Below, in pieces: positions 18,893 to 26,742 of a stretch of 37,960 nucleotides of DNA; position 1 is the first letter of the stretch; the number at the start of each line of letters is the position of its first letter. The translations under genes and the position numbers were made by a program. The notes under the pieces were generated by a model that had not been told where the DNA came from, ran no database searches, and was given only the letters and a program-made list of their open reading frames with translations. This DNA is from a virus (lineage: Duplodnaviria > Caudoviricetes), in IMG/VR virus record IMGVR_UViG_3300020045_008695, positions 1 to 37,960 of that record. One strand, written 5' to 3'.

Positions 18893-19360
18893 ATGGCACG
18901 CGGTGATATTAAGTGGTTTGCGCAAGCGCTCCAGGATCTTGGTAATAAAATTCATGATATGGACGCGGATGACTTCCGTATGGGCGTAGCTACTAACGCT
19001 ACGGTCCCGGCGATTGATACAGCCGCCCCGCATTGGGGTGGCACAGGTACTACGAACTTCGCCACTAATCAGGTAGGTACAGGTACAGGATATACTGGGC
19101 CCCTTGTACTTGCGACTGAGCAATGGACTCTAGTAACTGGTGGGGTGAAATGGCGAGTTACTACTGATGGAGCTATTGCGCAAGATGCAGGTACTGGCTT
19201 TAGTACTGGCTACTGGGGTATTATTTACAACAATACTGATGCTAATAAGCGTGCTGTTGCATATCTGGATCTCGGAGGACCTGTTGGTAACGTTGCAGGG
19301 CCTATTGACATCTTGTGGAACGGCGCAAATCAGGACGTTCTTGCTTTGACACAGAGCTGA
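18893..19360 (+). CDS. Putative virion appendage structural protein
   Basis: AAGGA SD; DDFRMGV...YWGIIYNNT...AVAYLDLGG beta-sandwich pattern common in phage fibre clusters. Confidence 0.65.
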   Translation: MARGDIKWFAQALQDLGNKIHDMDADDFRMGVATNATVPAIDTAAPHWGGTGTTNFATNQVGTGTGYTGPLVLATEQWTLVTGGVKWRVTTDGAIAQDAGTGFSTGYWGIIYNNTDANKRAVAYLDLGGPVGNVAGPIDILWNGANQDVLALTQS

Positions 19361-19367
19361 GGTACTT

Positions 19368-19850
19368 ATGGCACTCACAACTGTGCAATTACAAGCTTTA
19401 AAGTCTGCTATTGCGACTGAAACAGATCCAGTATTTGTGACGCTACGCGCTACAAATGATGAATCTGGAATGGCGGCCTGGTATAATCTAACGAGCACTT
19501 TTGTTGCATGGAAATCAAAAGTTACACTACTTGAAACAGGTCAAGCATTTAATGGTACGGAATGGGCTGGTATGACGTCAGCAAATCATACCCGGTTGAC
19601 TGACGTTGCTTTGTGGATATCTAGTGGCTACGATGCCGCAAAAGCAGATATTCGGGCTATGTTTAATGATATTTGGTCTGGCGCTGGTGGTACAAATACA
19701 AGGGCAAACCTGCTAACATTGTGGAAGCGATTTGCGACACGCGGTGAGAAAATTTACTGCACAGGTGCTGGATCTGATGCGTCTCCTGGAATTTTTACAT
19801 TTGAAGGCGTATTAACGGCACAAGATATTAGCGATGCACTGAGGGCCTGA
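19368..19850 (+). CDS. Hypothetical virion-cluster protein
   Basis: GAGG SD; MALTTVQLQALKSAI...ATRGEK pattern; tight operon spacing. Confidence 0.7.
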   Translation: MALTTVQLQALKSAIATETDPVFVTLRATNDESGMAAWYNLTSTFVAWKSKVTLLETGQAFNGTEWAGMTSANHTRLTDVALWISSGYDAAKADIRAMFNDIWSGAGGTNTRANLLTLWKRFATRGEKIYCTGAGSDASPGIFTFEGVLTAQDISDALRA

Positions 19851-19852
19851 AT

Positions 19853-20365
19853 ATGGCAACGACTACTATCAACTATGGTTCGTACACGGCAATGACTGTG
19901 ACGAACTTGCAAAGTCTTGCCAATGATTCAAGCGATCCATTTGGTGCTTGGCAATCAGCCCGTGTGTCTAATGTTTCTACACTTGCGCTTGATTATGCGG
20001 TACTTATTGATTTGAGTACAGCTGCAACAACTGCAGCGAATGATAAAGCATCGTATGTTTATATTATCCCCTGGATGACAACAGATGGGGGTACAACTTG
20101 GATTACTGGCGCTAACTTCGGCACTACAACTCTTCCAACAGGTAGTGAAGGTACGTGCTCAATCACCGAGCCAAATTCTATGTTGTTAGCCCGATCTTTG
20201 CCGTATAAGGATACCTCACAGCGCATGGAAGGCGCTTTTTCTATTGCAGCTATTCTTGGGTATATGCCCGACGGATGGAGCCTAGCCATTCGTAATTGCT
20301 CTGGTGCTGCTTTGAGCACAGGCTGCGTGGTAGCCTATCGCTCAATTAAATTTGATACGGCTTGA
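19853..20365 (+). CDS. Hypothetical structural protein (partner of the LamG protein)
   Basis: Thr/Ser-rich beta protein directly upstream of the LamG gene. Confidence 0.65.
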   Translation: MATTTINYGSYTAMTVTNLQSLANDSSDPFGAWQSARVSNVSTLALDYAVLIDLSTAATTAANDKASYVYIIPWMTTDGGTTWITGANFGTTTLPTGSEGTCSITEPNSMLLARSLPYKDTSQRMEGAFSIAAILGYMPDGWSLAIRNCSGAALSTGCVVAYRSIKFDTA

Positions 20366-20371
20366 GCTAAC

Positions 20372-21802
20372 GTGCTGAGTCCTCGGCATCCAATTGCGGG
20401 GCAGCCGCAGGTAGTCCTTCGCATTGCGCCGAGGTGGCTTCCGTATAAGCCAACGCTATGCCTTGTACCCGCTATTCGGGCTGACGTCATTGGCGGTGAT
20501 AGACAGGTCTTTGCCAATGATGCAACGATCAAGGGTGGCGCTTTCGAGTTCCCAGGGACAAACGGCTATGTGAGTTTCGGATCGCGCGCGCTGGTTGATC
20601 CGTGGACGCACACGCTGGTCATGGTGACGCAGCTCGATTCGTTTATCAATTCCTACCCATATATCGCGGCCTATAACACAACGAGCACGCGGCGCGCGGT
20701 GTTCTATTCGAACGATGCCAGTTACTCCGACCTCGTTTTCGTCAAAGCCGACGGCGCCGGCACGGCTGGCACGGTCAATTCAAAAGCTTCACTAAGCGGC
20801 ATTGCCAGCGTAACAGGAGCGCAGCATCGCGTTGTGATGCGCGCAAACGGCGCCACCAGTGCTACAGGCGCGAGCGTTTGGGTCAACGGTGTTGCGGCGA
20901 CAGTCGTAGCGTCAAGTGCGGGTGCGTCGAATAGTGGAGACAGCCTGCTAGGGCAAGCCGCGACCGGATCGCTGACTCTTGACTTCGATGGCCGCATCTG
21001 GTTGTTCGCGCTATTCAATTCAGCGTTGCCTGATGCGCTGTGTCGCGAGCTGTCGGTTAACCCGTGGGCGCTGTTTGCACCAAGTACAAATTTTGTCCCT
21101 ACTTACGTTTCTGCTTCAAGTTCTACTACAATTAATGCTGGCGTAGGTACCTCTACAGCTGAAGGTTTAACTGCTACAGTAGTAACTGAAACTACAATTG
21201 AAGCAAGCATAGGGTCTGCAGTTGCCGAAGGCCTTCAAGCCGCTGTAGTACTTAATACAGATATTGCAGCTGGTGTTGGTAATGCTATCGCTGAAGGGCT
21301 TCAAGCTTCCGTAGTTACTACTACGCGCATAGAAGCAGGCATTGGGAATGCCACAGCAGAAGGGTTGCCGGCTACTGTAAACGTAACTGGTAGCACTCAG
21401 ATCAACGTAGGTGTTGGTACTGCAACAGCTGAAGGTCTTGCAGCTACTGTAGTACTGAACGTAGACATAGCTGCTGGGGTAGGCGAAGCTACTGCTTCAG
21501 GTTCCGCCGCTACTATAGTACTGAATGTAGATATAGCTGCAGGTATTGGTGAAGCTTCTGCTACCGGTCTCCCCGCTACAGTCAATGTAACAACAGCTAC
21601 TTCGATAAGTTGTGGGGTAGGCACTGCAGTAGCATCGGGGCTCCAAGCTACAATAAACGTTACAACGCTTGTGCCCGGTCGACTTGGTAGCTACGGGGAG
21701 GATAAGCATCCTCATGAGCCTGTTTCTAAAACTATAGTTGAAATGGAGGACCAGCTCATACTTGAAGTGGTCCTCGGACTGATTGTTAAGAATCAGATTT
21801 AG
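20372..21802 (+). CDS. LamG/concanavalin-A-like lectin domain protein with a repeated stalk
   Basis: FEFPGTNGYV...HRVVM...VWVNG...LLG...FDGRIWLFALFNSALP LamG signature; eight 22-24 aa IxxGxGxAxAxGLxAxV repeats. Confidence 0.8.
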   Translation: MLSPRHPIAGQPQVVLRIAPRWLPYKPTLCLVPAIRADVIGGDRQVFANDATIKGGAFEFPGTNGYVSFGSRALVDPWTHTLVMVTQLDSFINSYPYIAAYNTTSTRRAVFYSNDASYSDLVFVKADGAGTAGTVNSKASLSGIASVTGAQHRVVMRANGATSATGASVWVNGVAATVVASSAGASNSGDSLLGQAATGSLTLDFDGRIWLFALFNSALPDALCRELSVNPWALFAPSTNFVPTYVSASSSTTINAGVGTSTAEGLTATVVTETTIEASIGSAVAEGLQAAVVLNTDIAAGVGNAIAEGLQASVVTTTRIEAGIGNATAEGLPATVNVTGSTQINVGVGTATAEGLAATVVLNVDIAAGVGEATASGSAATIVLNVDIAAGIGEASATGLPATVNVTTATSISCGVGTAVASGLQATINVTTLVPGRLGSYGEDKHPHEPVSKTIVEMEDQLILEVVLGLIVKNQI

Positions 21803-21953
21803 GCGTCTCTGGCATAGCTACACCAGTTCCTTTATTGAGCTCTTGCACAAAGTGTAGCAGCTTCTTAAAAAGGTTATAAGACTTCTTCAAAGGCTGCTCT
21901 GCTAGAGCATCTAGCAAAATAGTAAGTTCTTCGGCGCTAAGTTCGACTTGCAT
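21786..21953 (-). CDS. Small hypothetical protein (MQVELSAEELTILLDAL...)
   Basis: Likely ATG at 21953 overlapping the upstream gene end; last gene of the minus-strand operon. Confidence 0.6.
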   Translation of the reverse strand: MQVELSAEELTILLDALAEQPLKKSYNLFKKLLHFVQELNKGTGVAMPETPKSDS

Positions 21954-22380
21954 TTTTAACTTTCTGTTTTTCAAGCCAAGCATCAAAAACTTTGCGTCCT
22001 GGATCAGGGCGCTTTCTTTTTTCCGGCTTGACTTTAAGTGTCTTGATCTTCTTCGGTCCATCACTCCGGCTCCCCCACATTAAGTTATCTAAGCGGCAGT
22101 TCTTTTTATTACCATCACGATAAACGATGTGGAGACCTTCGAGTGGTGGACCTTCGAAGGTAATTAGCACTAAACGACCTAAAGATTCACGATGACCTCC
22201 TTTACAAAAGTCAACAGAGTAACCTCTGTCATTAATAATGGGCGGGACAACCTGCCCATTTCGCTTTAGGCGCCCATAGTCACTGACTTCCAGTTCTGAA
22301 GCACCAGCAAAGCCCTCAAAGCAACGTACTTTGCGCCACTCCTCTATAATTGGACGTTCAGACACCGAAATGGCCCTCAC
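21937..22380 (-). CDS. NUMOD4-HNH endonuclease-like protein, catalytically degenerate
   Basis: EEWRKV...EVSDYGRLK NUMOD4; GRLVLITF and IVYRDGNKKNCRLDNLMW lack the usual His residues. Confidence 0.75.
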   Translation of the reverse strand: MRAISVSERPIIEEWRKVRCFEGFAGASELEVSDYGRLKRNGQVVPPIINDRGYSVDFCKGGHRESLGRLVLITFEGPPLEGLHIVYRDGNKKNCRLDNLMWGSRSDGPKKIKTLKVKPEKRKRPDPGRKVFDAWLEKQKVKNASRT

Positions 22381-22409
22381 AATCGGTCAGACTTCGAATT
22401 AAACAGTGT

Positions 22410-22850
22410 TTAAAACAATCTGGGTGGTCCTAAAACGACGACATTTCGGCCAGAAAGTCGCCACAATCGATCGGCGGCGGGCTCTAGGCGCGAAGCGTCA
22501 CTATAATAGAGGTCCGTACAAGGTGTATTGAGCAGCTGCTTGGTGCAACGCATGCAGGGTGCATGAGTTACATAGCAGGACTTAATAGCATCAATGTCGC
22601 GGCACTGGAGCATTGCGTTTTGCTCTGCGTGCACTGCTTCACAAAGATCTGACCCCACCGGAGCGGTAGCACCTGCGCATGGCACGTCTATACAATGGAC
22701 ACAATGCCATGGTACGCCGTTATAACCAGTTGATAGGATTCGGCCCCGCGAATCAACTAGTACGCACCCCACTGATAGTTTGCTGCATGTAGAGCGTCGC
22801 GCTAAGACTTGTGCTACTAGCATAAAGGTCTCATGTATGTCAGGTCTCAT
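22410..22850 (-). CDS. dCMP deaminase family protein
   Basis: RSTC...VGCV, TGYNG, HAEQNA and PCMRC zinc motifs. Confidence 0.95.
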   Translation of the reverse strand: MRPDIHETFMLVAQVLARRSTCSKLSVGCVLVDSRGRILSTGYNGVPWHCVHCIDVPCAGATAPVGSDLCEAVHAEQNAMLQCRDIDAIKSCYVTHAPCMRCTKQLLNTPCTDLYYSDASRLEPAADRLWRLSGRNVVVLGPPRLF

Positions 22851-23251
22851 CCGATACGTCTCCCAATAGCTCTTGCAATTTCAGATTCCGGCCCCACCCA
22901 TCCAGGCGGTTTAACTGCATCATACTTATTACCGCGTTTTGTAGTGCCTCGCTCTTTGCGCATATTAGCATTTTGAACTGCGTTCCAAATGTCATCAAAT
23001 GGCAAGTTCATGATATGCGCAGTACCTAGCGCTACATAAACAATATCTGCAAGCGCATCGGACACCCCCACTATATCACCTGACATAGCAGCATTAAGAT
23101 ACTCATCGAGTTCCTCTTGCATAAACCGGAAGCGCTCGATAACAAATTCTTGCGCCACCAACGAAGGTGTCTTTGAAACAGGTTGCTGCAGAATCTTTTC
23201 ATGAAACTCTGCAACGTCTTGCACCATTTTAGACAGCAAAGGGGTAGTCAA
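22847..23251 (-). CDS. MazG-like / PRA-PH nucleotide pyrophosphohydrolase
   Basis: EELDEY...DALADIVYV...VQNANMRK...KPPGW. Confidence 0.9.
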   Translation of the reverse strand: MTTPLLSKMVQDVAEFHEKILQQPVSKTPSLVAQEFVIERFRFMQEELDEYLNAAMSGDIVGVSDALADIVYVALGTAHIMNLPFDDIWNAVQNANMRKERGTTKRGNKYDAVKPPGWVGPESEIARAIGRRIG

Positions 23252-24065
23252 TTTTCTCTCCGTGTTGGTAGTTGTTAATTTCCAGGTGCTCAGGCTTAAA
23301 GTTATCTAACGAAGCTTCTGGAGACAACGTGTAAGTAGGTAGCCCGTAGTCTGGGGCACTAAGTTGCTTTTTAAACCGCTCTACATGATTTTCATAGATA
23401 TGCGTATCAGCCAGCATAAAAGTTAGTCGCCCAGGCTTCAGGCTTACTTCATCTGCGATTAGGATAAGCAATGCTGCGTATAGAATAATGTCGCTCGGCA
23501 AACCCAGGCACAAATCTACGCTACGCATATAGACAACACAGTCTAGATGCTTGGAGTTACATACATTAAACTGTGCTAGTATATGACACGGGGGGAGGCA
23601 GCCAAGGCTTAGTTCAGCTGGATTCCACGTAGTTAAAATATGCCTCCGGCTATTTGAATCCTCGCGCAAACTTGTAATTAGATTTTCTAGCTGATCAACT
23701 TGCGTTCCATGCAGCCCTGTCCAATAACGCCACTGGGCGCCATACACTTTGCCTACGTGCCAAGCAGCTGGATGATACTTTGCATTTGCGGGCCATGCAG
23801 CGGCATTTGCGTTCCAATAGTTACAACCAAGCATTTGAAACTCTGACAGCAATGAAGCCCCTCGCAAAAATGCAGCAAGTTCACCTAGTATAGGCTTTGG
23901 GAACATTTTACGCGTTGTCAAAATGGGGAACTGTCCACGCAGCAGGCAATTTATATGAATAAAGCTGCCAAATGTTGAGCGCGTAGGACCTGCACGTGTT
24001 TGACGCTTTTCACCGCCAGTTACTACAGCATTAACAAAACCTAAGTAGTCGCTATCAAATGACAT
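23229..24065 (-). CDS. Thymidylate synthase homolog with Asp at the pyrimidine-specificity position (candidate dCMP methylase)
   Basis: FPILTTRK, YGAQWR, SRRHILTTWNP, LPPCH, YMRSVDLCLGLPSD, DTHIYENH. Confidence 0.92.
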   Translation of the reverse strand: MSFDSDYLGFVNAVVTGGEKRQTRAGPTRSTFGSFIHINCLLRGQFPILTTRKMFPKPILGELAAFLRGASLLSEFQMLGCNYWNANAAAWPANAKYHPAAWHVGKVYGAQWRYWTGLHGTQVDQLENLITSLREDSNSRRHILTTWNPAELSLGCLPPCHILAQFNVCNSKHLDCVVYMRSVDLCLGLPSDIILYAALLILIADEVSLKPGRLTFMLADTHIYENHVERFKKQLSAPDYGLPTYTLSPEASLDNFKPEHLEINNYQHGEKIDYPFAV

Positions 24066-24391
24066 TATAACTCCTCCTCAGATTCTATAAAATCAGTAAG
24101 ATCAACTGGCGGCAAATCTAGCTTTGGACCTTGTTCGCGTAGAAATTTAGCGTAGAACACTGCGTAGTTAATTAGATCATACACAGAATCTAATGCACTT
24201 TCATAATTAGGCTTGCCAGTTCTTGCTAGTGAACGTAGTCGCAAAGTTTTAACATGCAACATTTGCACGTAACTTGCATCTTGAAATGGGAAGTAGTCTT
24301 CTAATGAAATACCTGTATTATAATCTTGATGTTTTTTGACTACCATGTCAATAGCTGGTTGAATGAGATTCAAATACGTATTTTTATCCAT
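24065..24391 (-). CDS. Nucleotide modification associated domain 1 (Nmad1/DUF1599-like) protein
   Basis: KKHQDY...KTLRLRSL...ESALDSVYDLINYAVF; start reassigned to ATG 24391 with GAGG SD. Confidence 0.8.
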   Translation of the reverse strand: MDKNTYLNLIQPAIDMVVKKHQDYNTGISLEDYFPFQDASYVQMLHVKTLRLRSLARTGKPNYESALDSVYDLINYAVFYAKFLREQGPKLDLPPVDLTDFIESEEEL

Positions 24392-24404
24392 TGTAACCTC
24401 AAGT

Positions 24405-24432
24405 AAAAGTGGGAAGCGCACTGGCTTCCCAC
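24405..24432 (-). terminator. Intrinsic terminator after 24451..24972
   Basis: 9-bp stem GTGGGAAGC/GCTTCCCAC, 6-nt loop, TTTT on the minus strand. Confidence 0.75.
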
Positions 24433-24450
24433 ATGCTAGTTACAAGTAGT

Positions 24451-24972
24451 TTAAACAGTAGCAGGCTCAGCAGTCGCCGCTTGTTCTGCAGCAGCCTTTT
24501 CAGCAGCGAGCTTCTCAGCAGCTTCAGCTTTTGCCAACAGCTCTTGCGCTTCAGCACGCAATTGTTCCGGGGTCTTACCCGCTTTCTTCCCCATATTCGG
24601 GTTCTTCACAGCCGCGCGGTAATACGCAATGCACCCCATCGTAGTCTTTGCGCCCGGGAACTTTTCCTTGACAGCCGCCAGAACATCAGCGTTCGCAGAG
24701 CCTTCGCGAATCATGTTCTTGGCAAATTCACCCACGCCTTGATTCGGCCCGCGCTTGCCACTCGAGTTATACTTTTGAGCGTCGCTCGAAGAGCTTTCAG
24801 TCGGGGTAACAGTAGTTTCAGTCACAGTCTTTCCTTCTTCCAGGTTTTGAACTGCAGTACGCGCGGCAGCGAGATTCTTGAATTCAGTCACTTCAGGAAC
24901 ACTTTTAGTGACAGCAATGGCATTATAACGGGCAATCAGTTCACGCATAGACAGCTTTTTCAAATCAGACAT
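24451..24972 (-). CDS. HTH-like protein, third paralog of the junction family, with N- and C-terminal extensions
   Basis: VGEFAKNMI...ANADVLAAVKEKF...KTTMGCIAYYR aligns with VGAVCRALI...SNEDLAAKV...F...KTSAACIAWYK; AAGGA SD. Confidence 0.8.
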   Translation of the reverse strand: MSDLKKLSMRELIARYNAIAVTKSVPEVTEFKNLAAARTAVQNLEEGKTVTETTVTPTESSSSDAQKYNSSGKRGPNQGVGEFAKNMIREGSANADVLAAVKEKFPGAKTTMGCIAYYRAAVKNPNMGKKAGKTPEQLRAEAQELLAKAEAAEKLAAEKAAAEQAATAEPATV

Positions 24973-25030
24973 TTTTGGTTCCTTAATTGGTTGTTACGGG
25001 GCTGTAGCAATCACTTGCGACAGTAAAAAT

Positions 25031-25080
25031 ATTATAACACGTCTCGAGACTCTTTATGCGGCTTCGTTACATCTGTTACA
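25031..25080 (-). promoter_or_regulatory. TGTAAC-box promoter
   Basis: TGTAACAGATGTAACG...gTGtTATAAT (extended -10); box-to--10 distance is 1 nt longer than in the others; contains the palindrome GTCTCGAGAC. Confidence 0.75.
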
Positions 25081-26674
25081 CTTTTTCTCCTCTAATGACT
25101 GCTAGGGATTTCAGGTCGGCGAATAACCTGTCTTGTGTTACTGTTTTGTCAGTGATGGCCTTCGCGACTATAGAATCTATAGTTTTGTTCGCGGCAATGA
25201 TGTAATTCATCACAGATTTCGTCTGTCCGCGCCGCAACAACCGGGCAATCAGTTGAATGTATTCTTCCAGATTGTAAGTCAATGAAAACCAGCAAATAGC
25301 GGAGCCGCCAAATTGTAAGTTCAGACCCAACGCAGCTGCAGTGGGCTGTACCAGGAGGACTGCTGTTTGACCCAGGTTCCATTGCTCTACTGCCTCCTGT
25401 AGTTGTTTCCTAGACATACCGCCCCGTATAGCACAAGCTTCCGGGAAAGCACGTTTCAGTCGCGTGTATTCATGTTCAAACTGATATGCCACCATTAGAG
25501 GCTCACCAGCTAGTTCTTCTACTAACTCTTCGAGCCTAGTAATTTTACTAGTATGAATTTCAGAAACAGCATGGTCCCCAAAATAAATAGCCCCACCAGT
25601 ATATTGGCGAAGTTTACTAGTAAGTACAGCAGCGTTCGCAGCAGTGACCACATCTTCTTCAAGCTTGAGAATAAATTCATCTTCAAGCTCTTGGTATTTC
25701 GTCAGCGCTTCCTTCGGAAGATCCACTTCCAGAGTCACATTGATCAGTGGGGGAAGTGTCAGGTAGTCCATCGGATCTAAGTACATCGCCATGTCCGAGA
25801 TAGTCTCTGTCAGTCTCACGGCGTCGTGGTCCTTGATATACCATTTGTACTGCTCCCAACTTTTCTGGTAGAAATACTTCAGCCTGAAATGTGTAATGTA
25901 ACGGCCCAGCCTCTGGCCCAGATCTAGTACATAGCACTGCCCGAAGAGGTCTAGTAAGCCGTTCGCCGCCGGAGTACCAGTTAGACCCCACCTGAATACA
26001 AAACTCGACAAGAGCGGTTTCAAGCTTTTGAAGCGCTTGCTGGTAGTATGTTTCAGCCTCGTCAGTTCGTCGCATAACAAAATTCCAAAATCATGACCCT
26101 TTGCCAAAATTGGTGCAGCCCATGCAATACCATCATAGTTAAGGACTACAATATCGTAATACGGGTCATTTAATACTAAAGCTTTATCTGGACCGTGTGC
26201 TAATCCAACTTTTAGATTTGAAAATTGCCGCCACTTTCTCGGCTCTGACTGCCATGTTGTCAGACATACAGTCAGTGGTGCTAAGAGCAGCATACGTACA
26301 CGAGTCGTCAGCTGCGCATTTACCATACGATATGCCTCTAGCGCCATCGAGCTCTTGCCCATACCTGGCGGTAAGAAGAGCGCACCTGCTGGACGTACTG
26401 CTAGCCATTCTGCACCTCTGAGTTGATACGGCTCAGGCTTCCAGAAACTGGGGAGGAAGCCTTCAATTTGTGGATCAAGTCCAGAAACAGCAAATAATTG
26501 TCCACTTCCTCGCTGATAAAGTTCATAGTCCGCAGCTGTTGCTGTATGTGCTTCTGCAGGCTCGTCAGGCTCTCGCCTAGTCTCTTGAACTCCACAAATG
26601 CTATCTTGCCGTTCGGCGCTAGCAGAAGTCGGTCCGGCCAGCCCCTTCGATTCTCGATCTTTAGAAGTATGCAT
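25076..26674 (-). CDS. SNF2-family helicase (start uncertain)
   Basis: PEPYQ, PGMGKS, CDELT, LTGTP, LGLNLQ and QLIARLLRRGQ motifs. Confidence 0.92.
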   Translation of the reverse strand: MHTSKDRESKGLAGPTSASAERQDSICGVQETRREPDEPAEAHTATAADYELYQRGSGQLFAVSGLDPQIEGFLPSFWKPEPYQLRGAEWLAVRPAGALFLPPGMGKSSMALEAYRMVNAQLTTRVRMLLLAPLTVCLTTWQSEPRKWRQFSNLKVGLAHGPDKALVLNDPYYDIVVLNYDGIAWAAPILAKGHDFGILLCDELTRLKHTTSKRFKSLKPLLSSFVFRWGLTGTPAANGLLDLFGQCYVLDLGQRLGRYITHFRLKYFYQKSWEQYKWYIKDHDAVRLTETISDMAMYLDPMDYLTLPPLINVTLEVDLPKEALTKYQELEDEFILKLEEDVVTAANAAVLTSKLRQYTGGAIYFGDHAVSEIHTSKITRLEELVEELAGEPLMVAYQFEHEYTRLKRAFPEACAIRGGMSRKQLQEAVEQWNLGQTAVLLVQPTAAALGLNLQFGGSAICWFSLTYNLEEYIQLIARLLRRGQTKSVMNYIIAANKTIDSIVAKAITDKTVTQDRLFADLKSLAVIRGEKV

Positions 26675-26742
26675 CCATGTTTCTCCGCTATTTCAACACA
26701 TCTACGCTCAATTATTGATTCTTTTTGCTTTAGTACTTGCAT
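26401..26742 (-). CDS. VRR-NUC domain nuclease
   Basis: ESIIE...GWPDRLLL...FVEFK...LQ; start at ATG 26742. Confidence 0.88.
   Translation of the reverse strand: MQVLKQKESIIERRCVEIAEKHGCILLKIENRRGWPDRLLLAPNGKIAFVEFKRLGESLTSLQKHIQQQLRTMNFISEEVDNYLLFLDLIHKLKASSPVSGSLSRINSEVQNG

Noticed and set aside
16957-21802. Diversity-generating retroelement or invertible fibre cassette
   Set aside because: No reverse transcriptase or recombinase, and I saw no template/variable repeat pair.
24409-25026. 205-aa plus-strand ORF
   Set aside because: Antisense shadow of 24451..24972, which has the promoter, SD and terminator.
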